Source: Candidatus Dojkabacteria bacterium | GTDB taxonomy: Bacteria > Patescibacteriota > Dojkabacteria > SC72 | Direction: 5' to 3' | DNA length: 37,202 bases | NCBI GenBank assembly: GCA_040767225.1 | Contig: JAXGOY010000007.1 | Coordinates: forward strand, 1 to 37,202 | Shown here: positions 29,340 through 37,202 of the stretch, in pieces | Layout of the letters: each line of letters starts with the position of its first letter | How positions within the stretch are numbered: the first letter of the stretch is position 1 | The notes under the pieces: generated by a model | The model's input: the letters and a program-made list of their open reading frames with translations, nothing else | Told to the model about the DNA's origin: nothing | The model's database searches: none | Program-made: the position numbers and the translations under genes

Positions 29340-32216
29340 ATGGAGGATATAACTATTAAGAGTGATTCTACAATTCCTAATCTTGTGCAAAATGAAGAGA
29401 AGATTTTAAAGTTTTGGGAAGAGAAGAATATTTTAGAGAAAAGTATACATCAGAGAGATGGAAGTAAATCATTTACATTCTATGATGGACCTATTACTGC
29501 TAATAATATGCCTCATTACGGCCATGTACTTACTATGGTCATTAAAGATGTGGTGCCAAGGTATAAAACGATGAAGGGTTTTAAAGTTGAAAGAAGCTTA
29601 GGATGGGATTGTCAGGGTATACCTGTTGAGTATGAAGTCGAAAAGCAGCTTGGGTTTGAACAAAAGAGAGATATTGAGAAGTTTGGAGTAGAAAAATTTA
29701 ATCAGTTGTGTAGAGAGTCTGTTAAAAAGTATCAGGGTGCAATTATGGAGTTAACAAAGAGAATGGGGAGATGGGTAAACAGTGATGAAGAGTATGCAAC
29801 AATGGATTCTAAATATATTGAAAGTATATGGTGGTCATTAAAAGAGCTGTATGAAAAGGGATTATTATATGAAGGGTATAAGGTTGTACCATACTCTACA
29901 AGAGCAGGTACAACACTATCTAACTCAGAAGTTGCACTGGGGGGATATGAAACAATTGTAGACCCTGCTGTTGTTGTTAAGCTGAAATTGGTAGATAGCG
30001 ATTCATATCTTTTAATTTGGACTACTACTCCATGGACACTTCCAGGGAATCTTTTAGTTGCTGTTGGAAAGGATTTTGATTATGTTGAAGTTGAGTATAA
30101 AAGGGAGAGGTATATAGTTGGGGAGAAATTAGCTAAAAATATTTTCAAAGATGATTATACTGTGCTTCGAAAGTTTAAAGGAAGTGAGCTTATTGGAAAA
30201 GAGTATGAACCTTTATATCCGTATTACAAGAATAAAAGAGATGAGGGGGCATTTAGAGTTGTTCATGCTAACCACGTAACATTAGATGATGGTACTGGAC
30301 TTGTTCATCAGGCACCGTATGGGGAGGAAGACTTTGTACTTATGAGTGATATGGGTATTGGTATGTTTGATTATCTTGATGATCAAGGGAATATGAAAGA
30401 TGAAATTACACAGTTTGCAGGAATGTTTTACAAAAAGGCAAATAAATATATTATGCAGGACTTGCAGGAGAGAGGTTTGCTTTTTGATTCTTATGATTAT
30501 GAGCATCAAATGCCTATGTGCTGGAGGACTCATACTCCTTTGATTTATAAACCTATTAAAAGTTGGTACATTAGGGTTACAGAAATTAAGGAGTTACTTG
30601 TTTCTGAAAATGAGAAAACAAACTGGACACCTAAACATTTTAAAGAGGGGAGATTTGGGAATTGGCTTGCTGACGCAAGGGATTGGGCTTTAAGCAGGAA
30701 CAGATATTGGGGGACACCTCTGCCTGTTTGGATTTGTGATAAATGTGGAAAGAAGGATGTAATTGGTTCATTTGATGAACTTAAACAGAAAAGTGGTGTA
30801 GAAATTACTGATCCTCACAAACCTTTTGTTGATGAAATTACATATAAATGTGAGTGTGGGGGACAAATGAGAAGGGTTAATGATGTTATTGATGTATGGT
30901 ATGACTCAGGTTCTATGCCTTTTGCAAGGTTTCATTATCCTTTTGAAAATGAAGAGAAGTTTAAGGAAAAATATCCTGCTGAGTTTATCGGAGAGGGTGT
31001 TGATCAAACAAGAGGATGGTTTTATACCCTTCATGTTTTAGGCTGTGCACTGTTTGGAAGCAGAGCATTTAATAATGTTATTGTTAATGGAATGGCACTT
31101 GCTCCTGATGGAACAAAGATGTCAAAGAGTAAAAGAAATTATCCAGAGGTAGATAGTGTAATTAATTCAATGGGAGCAGATGCATTAAGACTTTACTTTT
31201 TAAGCTCCCCCATTGTTCATGGTCAAGATGTAATATTCAATGACTCATTTGTAAAAGAGATAATTTCTACTGTTATTCTTCCATATTATAACTGTGTTAA
31301 GTATTTCTTAAGTTATAAAGAGCAGTTTAAGTGGAAAGAGATTGAAAGTTTTGAACCAGAGCATGTAATGGATAGATGGATATTTGCAATGTTAAACAAA
31401 ACAATCAAGGATGTTACAAGATATATGGATAAGTATAACCTGCAGGGTGCAGTAAAAAGCATATTTGATTTAATAGATGTTCTTTCTAAATGGTATATAA
31501 GGAGGGGAAGAGAGAGATTTGTTAATGGGGATACACAAGCATTAAATACTTTATACATTGTTTTAGTTCAGACTTCTAAACTGCTTGCACCGTTTGCTCC
31601 CTTCATATCAGAGTCAGGGTATCTTTCTTTGGTTACTGATAAAAAAGAATCTGTTCATTTAGAGGATTACCCTGTTGTAGAAAATAAATATATAGATAGT
31701 AAGCTCTTGGAGAGTATGAGTGTGGTTAGAGAGATATGTTCACTAGGATTAAATATTCGTGATGAGTATAGAATTAAATTAAGACAGCCTTTGTCCCAAG
31801 CATATGTTTCTATAAAGGATAAAGAGATGCAGGAGATAATTAAAGGAGAGTTAAATGTTAAAGAGGTTATATTTTCTAATCAAGAGGTAAGTGGTGATAA
31901 TATAAAATCAATGAGAAGCGGAGATAATTTTGTAAGCTTGGATATAAATGTTAGTGAAGAACTTTTAAAAGAGGGTATGTTAAATGAAATATTAAGAGCT
32001 CTTCAAGTTGCAAGAAAAGAAAAAGGGTGTAAGGTGGGTGAGTTTGTTAATATTGAGTATACAGCTGATAGCAAAGAGATTCTTTCTGTTATACAAGAAA
32101 ATAGAGAGAAAATCATGAAAGAAATACATATAACAAGCATGAGAGAGAACAAGAATATTCAAGATGGTAAACTCATTAAGGTTGGCGATGGTAACTTATC
32201 TGTTGTAATACTTTGA
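29340..32216 (+). CDS. ileS: Isoleucine-tRNA ligase, type 2 (eukaryote/archaea-like)
   Basis: FYDGPITAN..PHYGH, GWDCQGIPVE, WTTTPWTLP, DWALSRNRYWGTP, EGVDQTRGWF, KMSKS; no C-terminal Zn finger of type 1. Confidence 0.97.
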   Translation: MEDITIKSDSTIPNLVQNEEKILKFWEEKNILEKSIHQRDGSKSFTFYDGPITANNMPHYGHVLTMVIKDVVPRYKTMKGFKVERSLGWDCQGIPVEYEVEKQLGFEQKRDIEKFGVEKFNQLCRESVKKYQGAIMELTKRMGRWVNSDEEYATMDSKYIESIWWSLKELYEKGLLYEGYKVVPYSTRAGTTLSNSEVALGGYETIVDPAVVVKLKLVDSDSYLLIWTTTPWTLPGNLLVAVGKDFDYVEVEYKRERYIVGEKLAKNIFKDDYTVLRKFKGSELIGKEYEPLYPYYKNKRDEGAFRVVHANHVTLDDGTGLVHQAPYGEEDFVLMSDMGIGMFDYLDDQGNMKDEITQFAGMFYKKANKYIMQDLQERGLLFDSYDYEHQMPMCWRTHTPLIYKPIKSWYIRVTEIKELLVSENEKTNWTPKHFKEGRFGNWLADARDWALSRNRYWGTPLPVWICDKCGKKDVIGSFDELKQKSGVEITDPHKPFVDEITYKCECGGQMRRVNDVIDVWYDSGSMPFARFHYPFENEEKFKEKYPAEFIGEGVDQTRGWFYTLHVLGCALFGSRAFNNVIVNGMALAPDGTKMSKSKRNYPEVDSVINSMGADALRLYFLSSPIVHGQDVIFNDSFVKEIISTVILPYYNCVKYFLSYKEQFKWKEIESFEPEHVMDRWIFAMLNKTIKDVTRYMDKYNLQGAVKSIFDLIDVLSKWYIRRGRERFVNGDTQALNTLYIVLVQTSKLLAPFAPFISESGYLSLVTDKKESVHLEDYPVVENKYIDSKLLESMSVVREICSLGLNIRDEYRIKLRQPLSQAYVSIKDKEMQEIIKGELNVKEVIFSNQEVSGDNIKSMRSGDNFVSLDINVSEELLKEGMLNEILRALQVARKEKGCKVGEFVNIEYTADSKEILSVIQENREKIMKEIHITSMRENKNIQDGKLIKVGDGNLSVVIL

Positions 32217-32735
32217 TTGAGTTATATCAGCTTTTATACCAGTAACCTTCTCAAAAGTTTTAGCAGCTGTTTCAAACTTTGTTCCTGAGGATACAGCAAG
32301 TTCACCTACAATATCTCCAACAGCTCTATTTAGTTCATTTTCAATTGATACTGGGATTAATCTTCCATCTTTTTCTCTTATCTTTTTTACAAAATTACAG
32401 TACTGTATTGTTTCTATTGCAGATTCAATAGTTGCTTGATCTGAAAGCTTCTTAAAAATTTCAATTAATTTATTAAAATCCTTTGTTTTTGGGTCCTTGC
32501 TTGGTGTTTTTTTAAGAATAGAGATCTTCTCTTTTATTTTTTCAGGAGATTCTACCTCCCTTATATTTAAGTTATTAACATTATCTAGTGGTGTTGAGAT
32601 AGAAATAGGGGAGTTAATAAACTCAAATTCATAGTACATTTTCTTTTGTCCACTAAACTCTATTTCCTTTTGATCTTTTATCCAGCCAGCACCATGTGAG
32701 GGATAAAACACTTTTGAACCAACCTTGAAATTCAT
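32196..32735 (-). CDS. carD: CarD family transcription factor
   Basis: FKVGSKVFYPSHGAGWI (RNAP-interaction domain) and C-terminal helical domain with ELAV. Confidence 0.75.
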   Translation of the reverse strand: MNFKVGSKVFYPSHGAGWIKDQKEIEFSGQKKMYYEFEFINSPISISTPLDNVNNLNIREVESPEKIKEKISILKKTPSKDPKTKDFNKLIEIFKKLSDQATIESAIETIQYCNFVKKIREKDGRLIPVSIENELNRAVGDIVGELAVSSGTKFETAAKTFEKVTGIKADITQSKYYNR

Positions 32736-32796
32736 AATTACTTTGTATGAGAATTAAACATTTCATTATATCATCTTTTGGTATACAATTATAGCT

Positions 32797-33813
32797 ATGA
32801 AAATAACTGTAATAGGTGGAGGAACAGGTTCTACAACTGTACTGGAAGGGTTAAAAAAGAAAAAAGACCTTGATCTTAATGTTATCGTTGGAATGATGGA
32901 TGATGGAGGAAGCAATGCTGTTGTAAGAGATGAATTCGGATTACTGCCTCTTAGTGATTTAAGAAAGTCCATAATTGCATTATCACAAGAAAATGAGAAT
33001 CAGATGCTTAGGAATCTTTTTACATACAGATTTTCTCAAGGGAATGGGCTTAAAGGTCATACATTAGGGAATCTTTTAATGATAGCTATGACAGAAATAA
33101 CGGGTTCTGAAGTAGAAGCAATAGAGATGTTTAAATATTTTTTCTCTGTAACAGGGAATATTATTCCAGTTACTCTTGATAAGGTGCGTCTTGTTGCGGA
33201 GTATGATGATGGTTCAAAGGTTGTAGGTGAGCATTTAATTGATGAGCCAGAAGATGATAAAAAGATAGTAAAGTTTTACTTCGATAAAAAGGCACAAGCT
33301 TATCAGGGAGCAATTGATACAATAATGTCTTCAGATTATGTAATTATTGGACCAGGTGATTTATATACAACTACACTTGCTAATATTATTGTAGAAGGTA
33401 TTCCTCAAGCATTACAAGAAACAAAAGCAAAACTTATTTTCATTTCCAATCTTATGTCAAAAAAAGGACAGACAAGAGGTCTAACGCTTGAAAGCATGTT
33501 GTCATTAGTTGAGGGGTATATAGGGAGAAAGTTTGATTATGTACTTGTAAATAATGGGAGGATACCAGAAAAAGCATATCAGAGGTATATTAAGCAAGGG
33601 GAGCATATCTTTAAAGATGACATTAAAAAGAATGGGAGAGAGGTTATAAGGGCAGATCTTGTTGCAAACTCTGTTATAAAGAAAGATAAAGGGGATACTC
33701 TTGATAGAAGTTTAGTAAGACATGATCCTGATAAAGTAGCAAATGAACTTTATAAAATTTTTAGAAAAGGATGGAAATCAAAACTATTCTCTTTTCTGTC
33801 CATGTATCGTTAA
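32797..33813 (+). CDS. yvcK: YvcK/GlmR (CofD-like, UDP-sugar-binding) protein
   Basis: IGGGTG, DDGGS, GHTLGNL, IGPGDLYT, RHDPDK. Confidence 0.9.
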   Translation: MKITVIGGGTGSTTVLEGLKKKKDLDLNVIVGMMDDGGSNAVVRDEFGLLPLSDLRKSIIALSQENENQMLRNLFTYRFSQGNGLKGHTLGNLLMIAMTEITGSEVEAIEMFKYFFSVTGNIIPVTLDKVRLVAEYDDGSKVVGEHLIDEPEDDKKIVKFYFDKKAQAYQGAIDTIMSSDYVIIGPGDLYTTTLANIIVEGIPQALQETKAKLIFISNLMSKKGQTRGLTLESMLSLVEGYIGRKFDYVLVNNGRIPEKAYQRYIKQGEHIFKDDIKKNGREVIRADLVANSVIKKDKGDTLDRSLVRHDPDKVANELYKIFRKGWKSKLFSFLSMYR

Positions 33814-34484
33814 AAGTTTATCATTAGGAATGTTCTTTATAGCTTTCCCTTCAAGTGATATTTGTATATTAAAATATGACTTTAATATCTGTAATATTCT
33901 TTTTAGTTTTCCTTTAGCTATTGGGTGATATTCTACTGAAATATTCTTTACTTTATTTAACATTTCTTTATGACTTTTTAATATTGTTTCTTCACTTCCT
34001 TCTGTATCTATTTTTAGCATATCTATTATTGGCATATTTTTTACATATGTATCTAACCTTGTGCATTGTATTTGTATGGCCTTCGTCTTTTCTTTTCCTG
34101 TCCAGCTGTGTTCAAGCAAACTTGAATTAGACTGCCAGTTTTCTTTACTGTCATCAATGTAGAAAGAAGATATTCCTTCTTGGGATGAAACTGCTTTGTT
34201 AATTAGGGAAATACCATCTAATTGATTTATTTGTATGTTTTGCTTTAATGTTTCAAATGATATTGGATTAGGTTCAAAAGCAAGGAATAGTAGAGTTTTC
34301 ATAAAGTTGTTTAAAGTAAAGAATAGAGATTCCAATATGTGCCCCTATATCAATAATAAAAGGAGAGGGATTACTGCTTTTAAAATAATATATATTTTGT
34401 CCCCATACCTCCCTTTTTTATAGTATGATACTCCTGCTTGTTGTGGTAAATAACATTAAATCTACCAAGCTTTGTTAAATTCAT
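33784..34484 (-). pseudogene. FkbM family methyltransferase with two frameshifts
   Basis: Reconstructed MNLTKLGRF.. / EVWGQNIY..IIDIGAHIGISILYF / LAFEPNP..LKIDTEGSE. One shift lies in the A6G4 run near 34407-34419. Confidence 0.8.
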
Positions 34485-34489
34485 ATAGG

Positions 34490-35080
34490 TTAGTATACTT
34501 TAATCACCACTTTCATTAAACTAGATACCTTTCTAGCCCATGAATCAGATGATGGAGGACAGTAATATTTTGATATTTCTTTAGGAGTATCTAAACCTTT
34601 AGAGTAATATCCTTTTGAAATACCTTCAGTAACACTCCATATACCATCTTCCCAGCTTTTAAATCCACTTTTACCCCATCCCCAAGCATTATATTTTTTA
34701 AAGGTTTTTACACCTCCTGCTGACTCTACAACAGATATTGCTGCTACTAATCTATAATCAATATTCCAGTAATCAGCAGCAAGTACAAACTCTTGAGCAT
34801 AATCTGCTAATGGTGAGTTTCTTTTTCTTAAGAATGTCTCAATATTTTTAACTCTTTGTGAATCCTTAATACTTTCAGGTTTAATATCTATCTCTGTATT
34901 TGAAACAGCTTCTTGTGCATATGCAGGCTGTATATATTCAGCTGTTAGTATATGATTTTTACCACTGTTTTGAATATTAAGTGGTTTTTCATATATTATA
35001 TTCAGTACTCCTCCTATAACAAGAAATGTTGTTATAGTAACGAATACATTTTTTGTGTTATATGTCATATTCTTTTTCAT
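34490..35080 (-). CDS. Membrane-anchored glucosaminidase/lysozyme-like domain protein
   Basis: TM helix, then SPLADYA..LVAAISVVESAGG..NAWGWG..FKSWEDGI..YCPP..W. Confidence 0.7.
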   Translation of the reverse strand: MKKNMTYNTKNVFVTITTFLVIGGVLNIIYEKPLNIQNSGKNHILTAEYIQPAYAQEAVSNTEIDIKPESIKDSQRVKNIETFLRKRNSPLADYAQEFVLAADYWNIDYRLVAAISVVESAGGVKTFKKYNAWGWGKSGFKSWEDGIWSVTEGISKGYYSKGLDTPKEISKYYCPPSSDSWARKVSSLMKVVIKVY

Positions 35081-35143
35081 ATTTTTCTTTCTCTACTTCC
35101 CACAGCTTTGTAAAAATTAAATAAATAAGATATATTGATATTA

Positions 35144-36841
35144 ATGTTGAGAATAAATGTAACTGAGGAAAGGAAAAAGAGAAGTAAGAAGAAAAGATTT
35201 CCTTTACTTCTCTTTATTATTATACCATTTTTATCATTTTTTATCTATATCCTTGTTAATTCTGGACTTTCAGTAAAAAATATCCCAGATCTCTTCTTTT
35301 ACACTCCACCTAAGGTAAAGTATGAGACATTTAAGCTTTCTTTTGATGAGGGTATTCCTCAAGCTGTAGTAAATGCTATTAAGTCATCTGTACAGGATTT
35401 GCAGTTTAATGAAACTCCTAGATTTGAATTTGTAGATAATGGGGGGTATAGAGTGATATATACAGATGATTTAGATAGTGCAATGTATTTTAAGCAGTAT
35501 GCAGTAGTAGGGCATATATATTGGATAAAGGGAGATATTACACTAAGTGAGATAAAAGAGAGCAAGAAAATATATATACCTTCTGATGGAGACAAAATAC
35601 ATAGAATATTTTTAACTCAGCTGTTAGGAGATAATGTGCAGATTGTTAGCTCTGATGATTTAGCTTCTGATTTAATAAAGAGTGAGGAGTATGTTGGTAT
35701 TGTACCAATTGAGGATTTAAATAAATGGATGAAAGTATTACAGTTGGATAATAAATATTGTTTAGAGGATAGTAGTGGTTGTTTATATATAGGGTATAAA
35801 TTGGAAGATAGAAAGAATAGTGATTTTGTAGGTAGTATTATTGGTAGAAATATGGAAATAGAGTATGGAAAAAGTATGAGTATAAATAAAAATGATACTG
35901 CGAAGATTAATATGAGTGGTGTTGTTGCAATATCTAGAGGATTGGCACAGAAAATTGATAGTTCTGGTGATTATGCATATCCTGCAAGAAAGTTAGGAAG
36001 CTTTTTAGCAGATGCAGATTTAACCCATGTATCAAATGAAGTTTCTTTTGTAAAAGGGTGTACTGGATATACAGGAATGGTTTTTTGTTCTAAGCCTGAG
36101 TATATTGAAACACTTAAAGCAAGTGGTGTTGATATTGTTGAGCTAACAGGAAATCATAATAACGACTATGGAGCAAAGAATAACAAGAGCAGTATTGAGA
36201 AATATATTGAGCTTGGATGGGACTACTTTGGAGGGGGATTAAATAGTGAGGATGCAAGTAAGGTCCTTTATAAAGAGGTGAAAGGAAACCTTATAGCATT
36301 TATGGGGTATAACTGGTATAACACTTTTTATTCTACAAATGCTCTTGCAGGTAGCTCTTCTGCTGGAGCAAATTCTTACTCTGTAGAAAAGCTTACAAAG
36401 GATATTAAAGAAGCAAAGGATAAAGGTGCACTAGCTATTGTTACATTTCAGTTTCAGGAGTGTTACTCATATCCTCCTTCGGATGTCATATATCCTGTAT
36501 GTTATAAGCCACTTAGTAATCCTGATCAAAAAAAAGTATTTAGACAAGCAATTGATTTAGGTGCAGATATTGTAATTGGTACACAGGCACATCAGCCTCA
36601 AACTTATGAAGTGTATGGTGATGGTCTAATCTTTTATGGTTTAGGGAATTTATACTTTGATCAAGATGAATGGATTGGTACTAGGCAGGGGTTAATTCTC
36701 TCTCTTTATGTAAAAAATAATGACCTAGTACAGGTTAAAATTACTCCTATAATTGTTGATTCTACACTAATTCCTCATGTTGCTGATAAGGCTGATAGTA
36801 AATTGTTGCTTAATTTGTTGAAGAGTGCTAGAACTTTCTGA
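35144..36841 (+). CDS. CapA (PGA_cap) family metallophosphatase-like membrane protein
   Basis: N-terminal TM; ELTGNHNNDYG, IDLGADIVIGTQAHQPQ, YGLGNLYFDQ. Confidence 0.85.
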   Translation: MLRINVTEERKKRSKKKRFPLLLFIIIPFLSFFIYILVNSGLSVKNIPDLFFYTPPKVKYETFKLSFDEGIPQAVVNAIKSSVQDLQFNETPRFEFVDNGGYRVIYTDDLDSAMYFKQYAVVGHIYWIKGDITLSEIKESKKIYIPSDGDKIHRIFLTQLLGDNVQIVSSDDLASDLIKSEEYVGIVPIEDLNKWMKVLQLDNKYCLEDSSGCLYIGYKLEDRKNSDFVGSIIGRNMEIEYGKSMSINKNDTAKINMSGVVAISRGLAQKIDSSGDYAYPARKLGSFLADADLTHVSNEVSFVKGCTGYTGMVFCSKPEYIETLKASGVDIVELTGNHNNDYGAKNNKSSIEKYIELGWDYFGGGLNSEDASKVLYKEVKGNLIAFMGYNWYNTFYSTNALAGSSSAGANSYSVEKLTKDIKEAKDKGALAIVTFQFQECYSYPPSDVIYPVCYKPLSNPDQKKVFRQAIDLGADIVIGTQAHQPQTYEVYGDGLIFYGLGNLYFDQDEWIGTRQGLILSLYVKNNDLVQVKITPIIVDSTLIPHVADKADSKLLLNLLKSARTF

Positions 36842-36879
36842 TATATTAGAAGTGAAGATAAATTTTTTCTAATTTAAAG

Positions 36880-37202
36880 GTGGATAATATAAATAATAAC
36901 AATAATATGGCAGGTAGCAGCCAGAGTGATGTAGATACAAATTCTGTAAATACATATAACTCAATTCAGCCTTCTTCTCCATTAATGGATAATAATATTA
37001 GTAATATAAATCCAACTCCAGCCTCCGACACTAATGCAAATACAGGGAGTACAGATTCTAGTTTAATTGAGAATCTCGCAGGTACACCTCCTGTTACAGA
37101 AAGTAATGCTCCAGTTGAGGAGTTTCCTCAGCAAGAGCCTAGTAATACTGTACCAGGTGCGACCTTAACTCCTGATAGTAGTGTAGAAACAGTAGATACA
37201 AG
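36880..37202 (+). CDS. S/T/P/N-rich low-complexity protein (3'-truncated)
   Basis: Frame open from GTG 36880 / ATG 36907 to the window end (MAGSSQSDVDTNSVN..TPPVTESNAPVEEFPQQEP..). Confidence 0.7.
   Translation, partial: MDNINNNNNMAGSSQSDVDTNSVNTYNSIQPSSPLMDNNISNINPTPASDTNANTGSTDSSLIENLAGTPPVTESNAPVEEFPQQEPSNTVPGATLTPDSSVETVDT

Noticed and set aside
1560-35595. Short antisense ORFs (e.g. 1560..1766, 12015..12386, 14022..14390, 16116..16412, 30282..30533, 35359..35595)
   Set aside because: They lie opposite well-supported genes and lack motifs.
1-37202. CRISPR arrays, IS/transposases, integron attC sites, riboswitch or T-box leaders before the synthetases
   Set aside because: No repeat-spacer periodicity or recombinase motifs seen by eye, and the regions upstream of aspS, gltX and ileS are too short for T-boxes.

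Overview
AT-rich (roughly 30% GC by eye), very compact bacterial chromosome segment using standard code 11. Gene content, compaction and lineage-typical hypothetical proteins suggest a Patescibacteria/CPR organism, possibly Dojkabacteria (inference). Bases ~1-7970 are accessory-looking: radical SAM/SPASM (partial), ABC-F ATPase, a Tiki/ChaN/EreA-like protein, gluzincin peptidase, Ham1-like pyrophosphatase, SAM methyltransferase and an FtsK-like motor domain. From tRNA-Asp onward the genes are mostly housekeeping: trxA, fused tsaC-tsaE, tsaD, eno, four more tRNAs, mscL, flippase, rmuC-recA-recX-recJ, archaeal-type aspS, DD-carboxypeptidase, gltX, pepF, type-2 ileS, CarD-like, yvcK, FkbM MTase, glucosaminidase-like and CapA-like. 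Bases ~3500-11950 are riddled with small indels, even in essential genes and a tRNA, most likely sequencing/assembly error. Best leads: (1) many start codons sit 5-8 nt after a (TGn)TAnnnT -10 box with no Shine-Dalgarno, suggesting leaderless expression; (2) an in-frame TsaC-TsaE fusion next to tsaD; (3) a membrane-anchored 14-Cys protein with a pacifastin/VWC-like inhibitor motif; (4) every resolvable convergent gene pair abuts or overlaps. No CRISPR, rRNA, transposase or integrase was seen.
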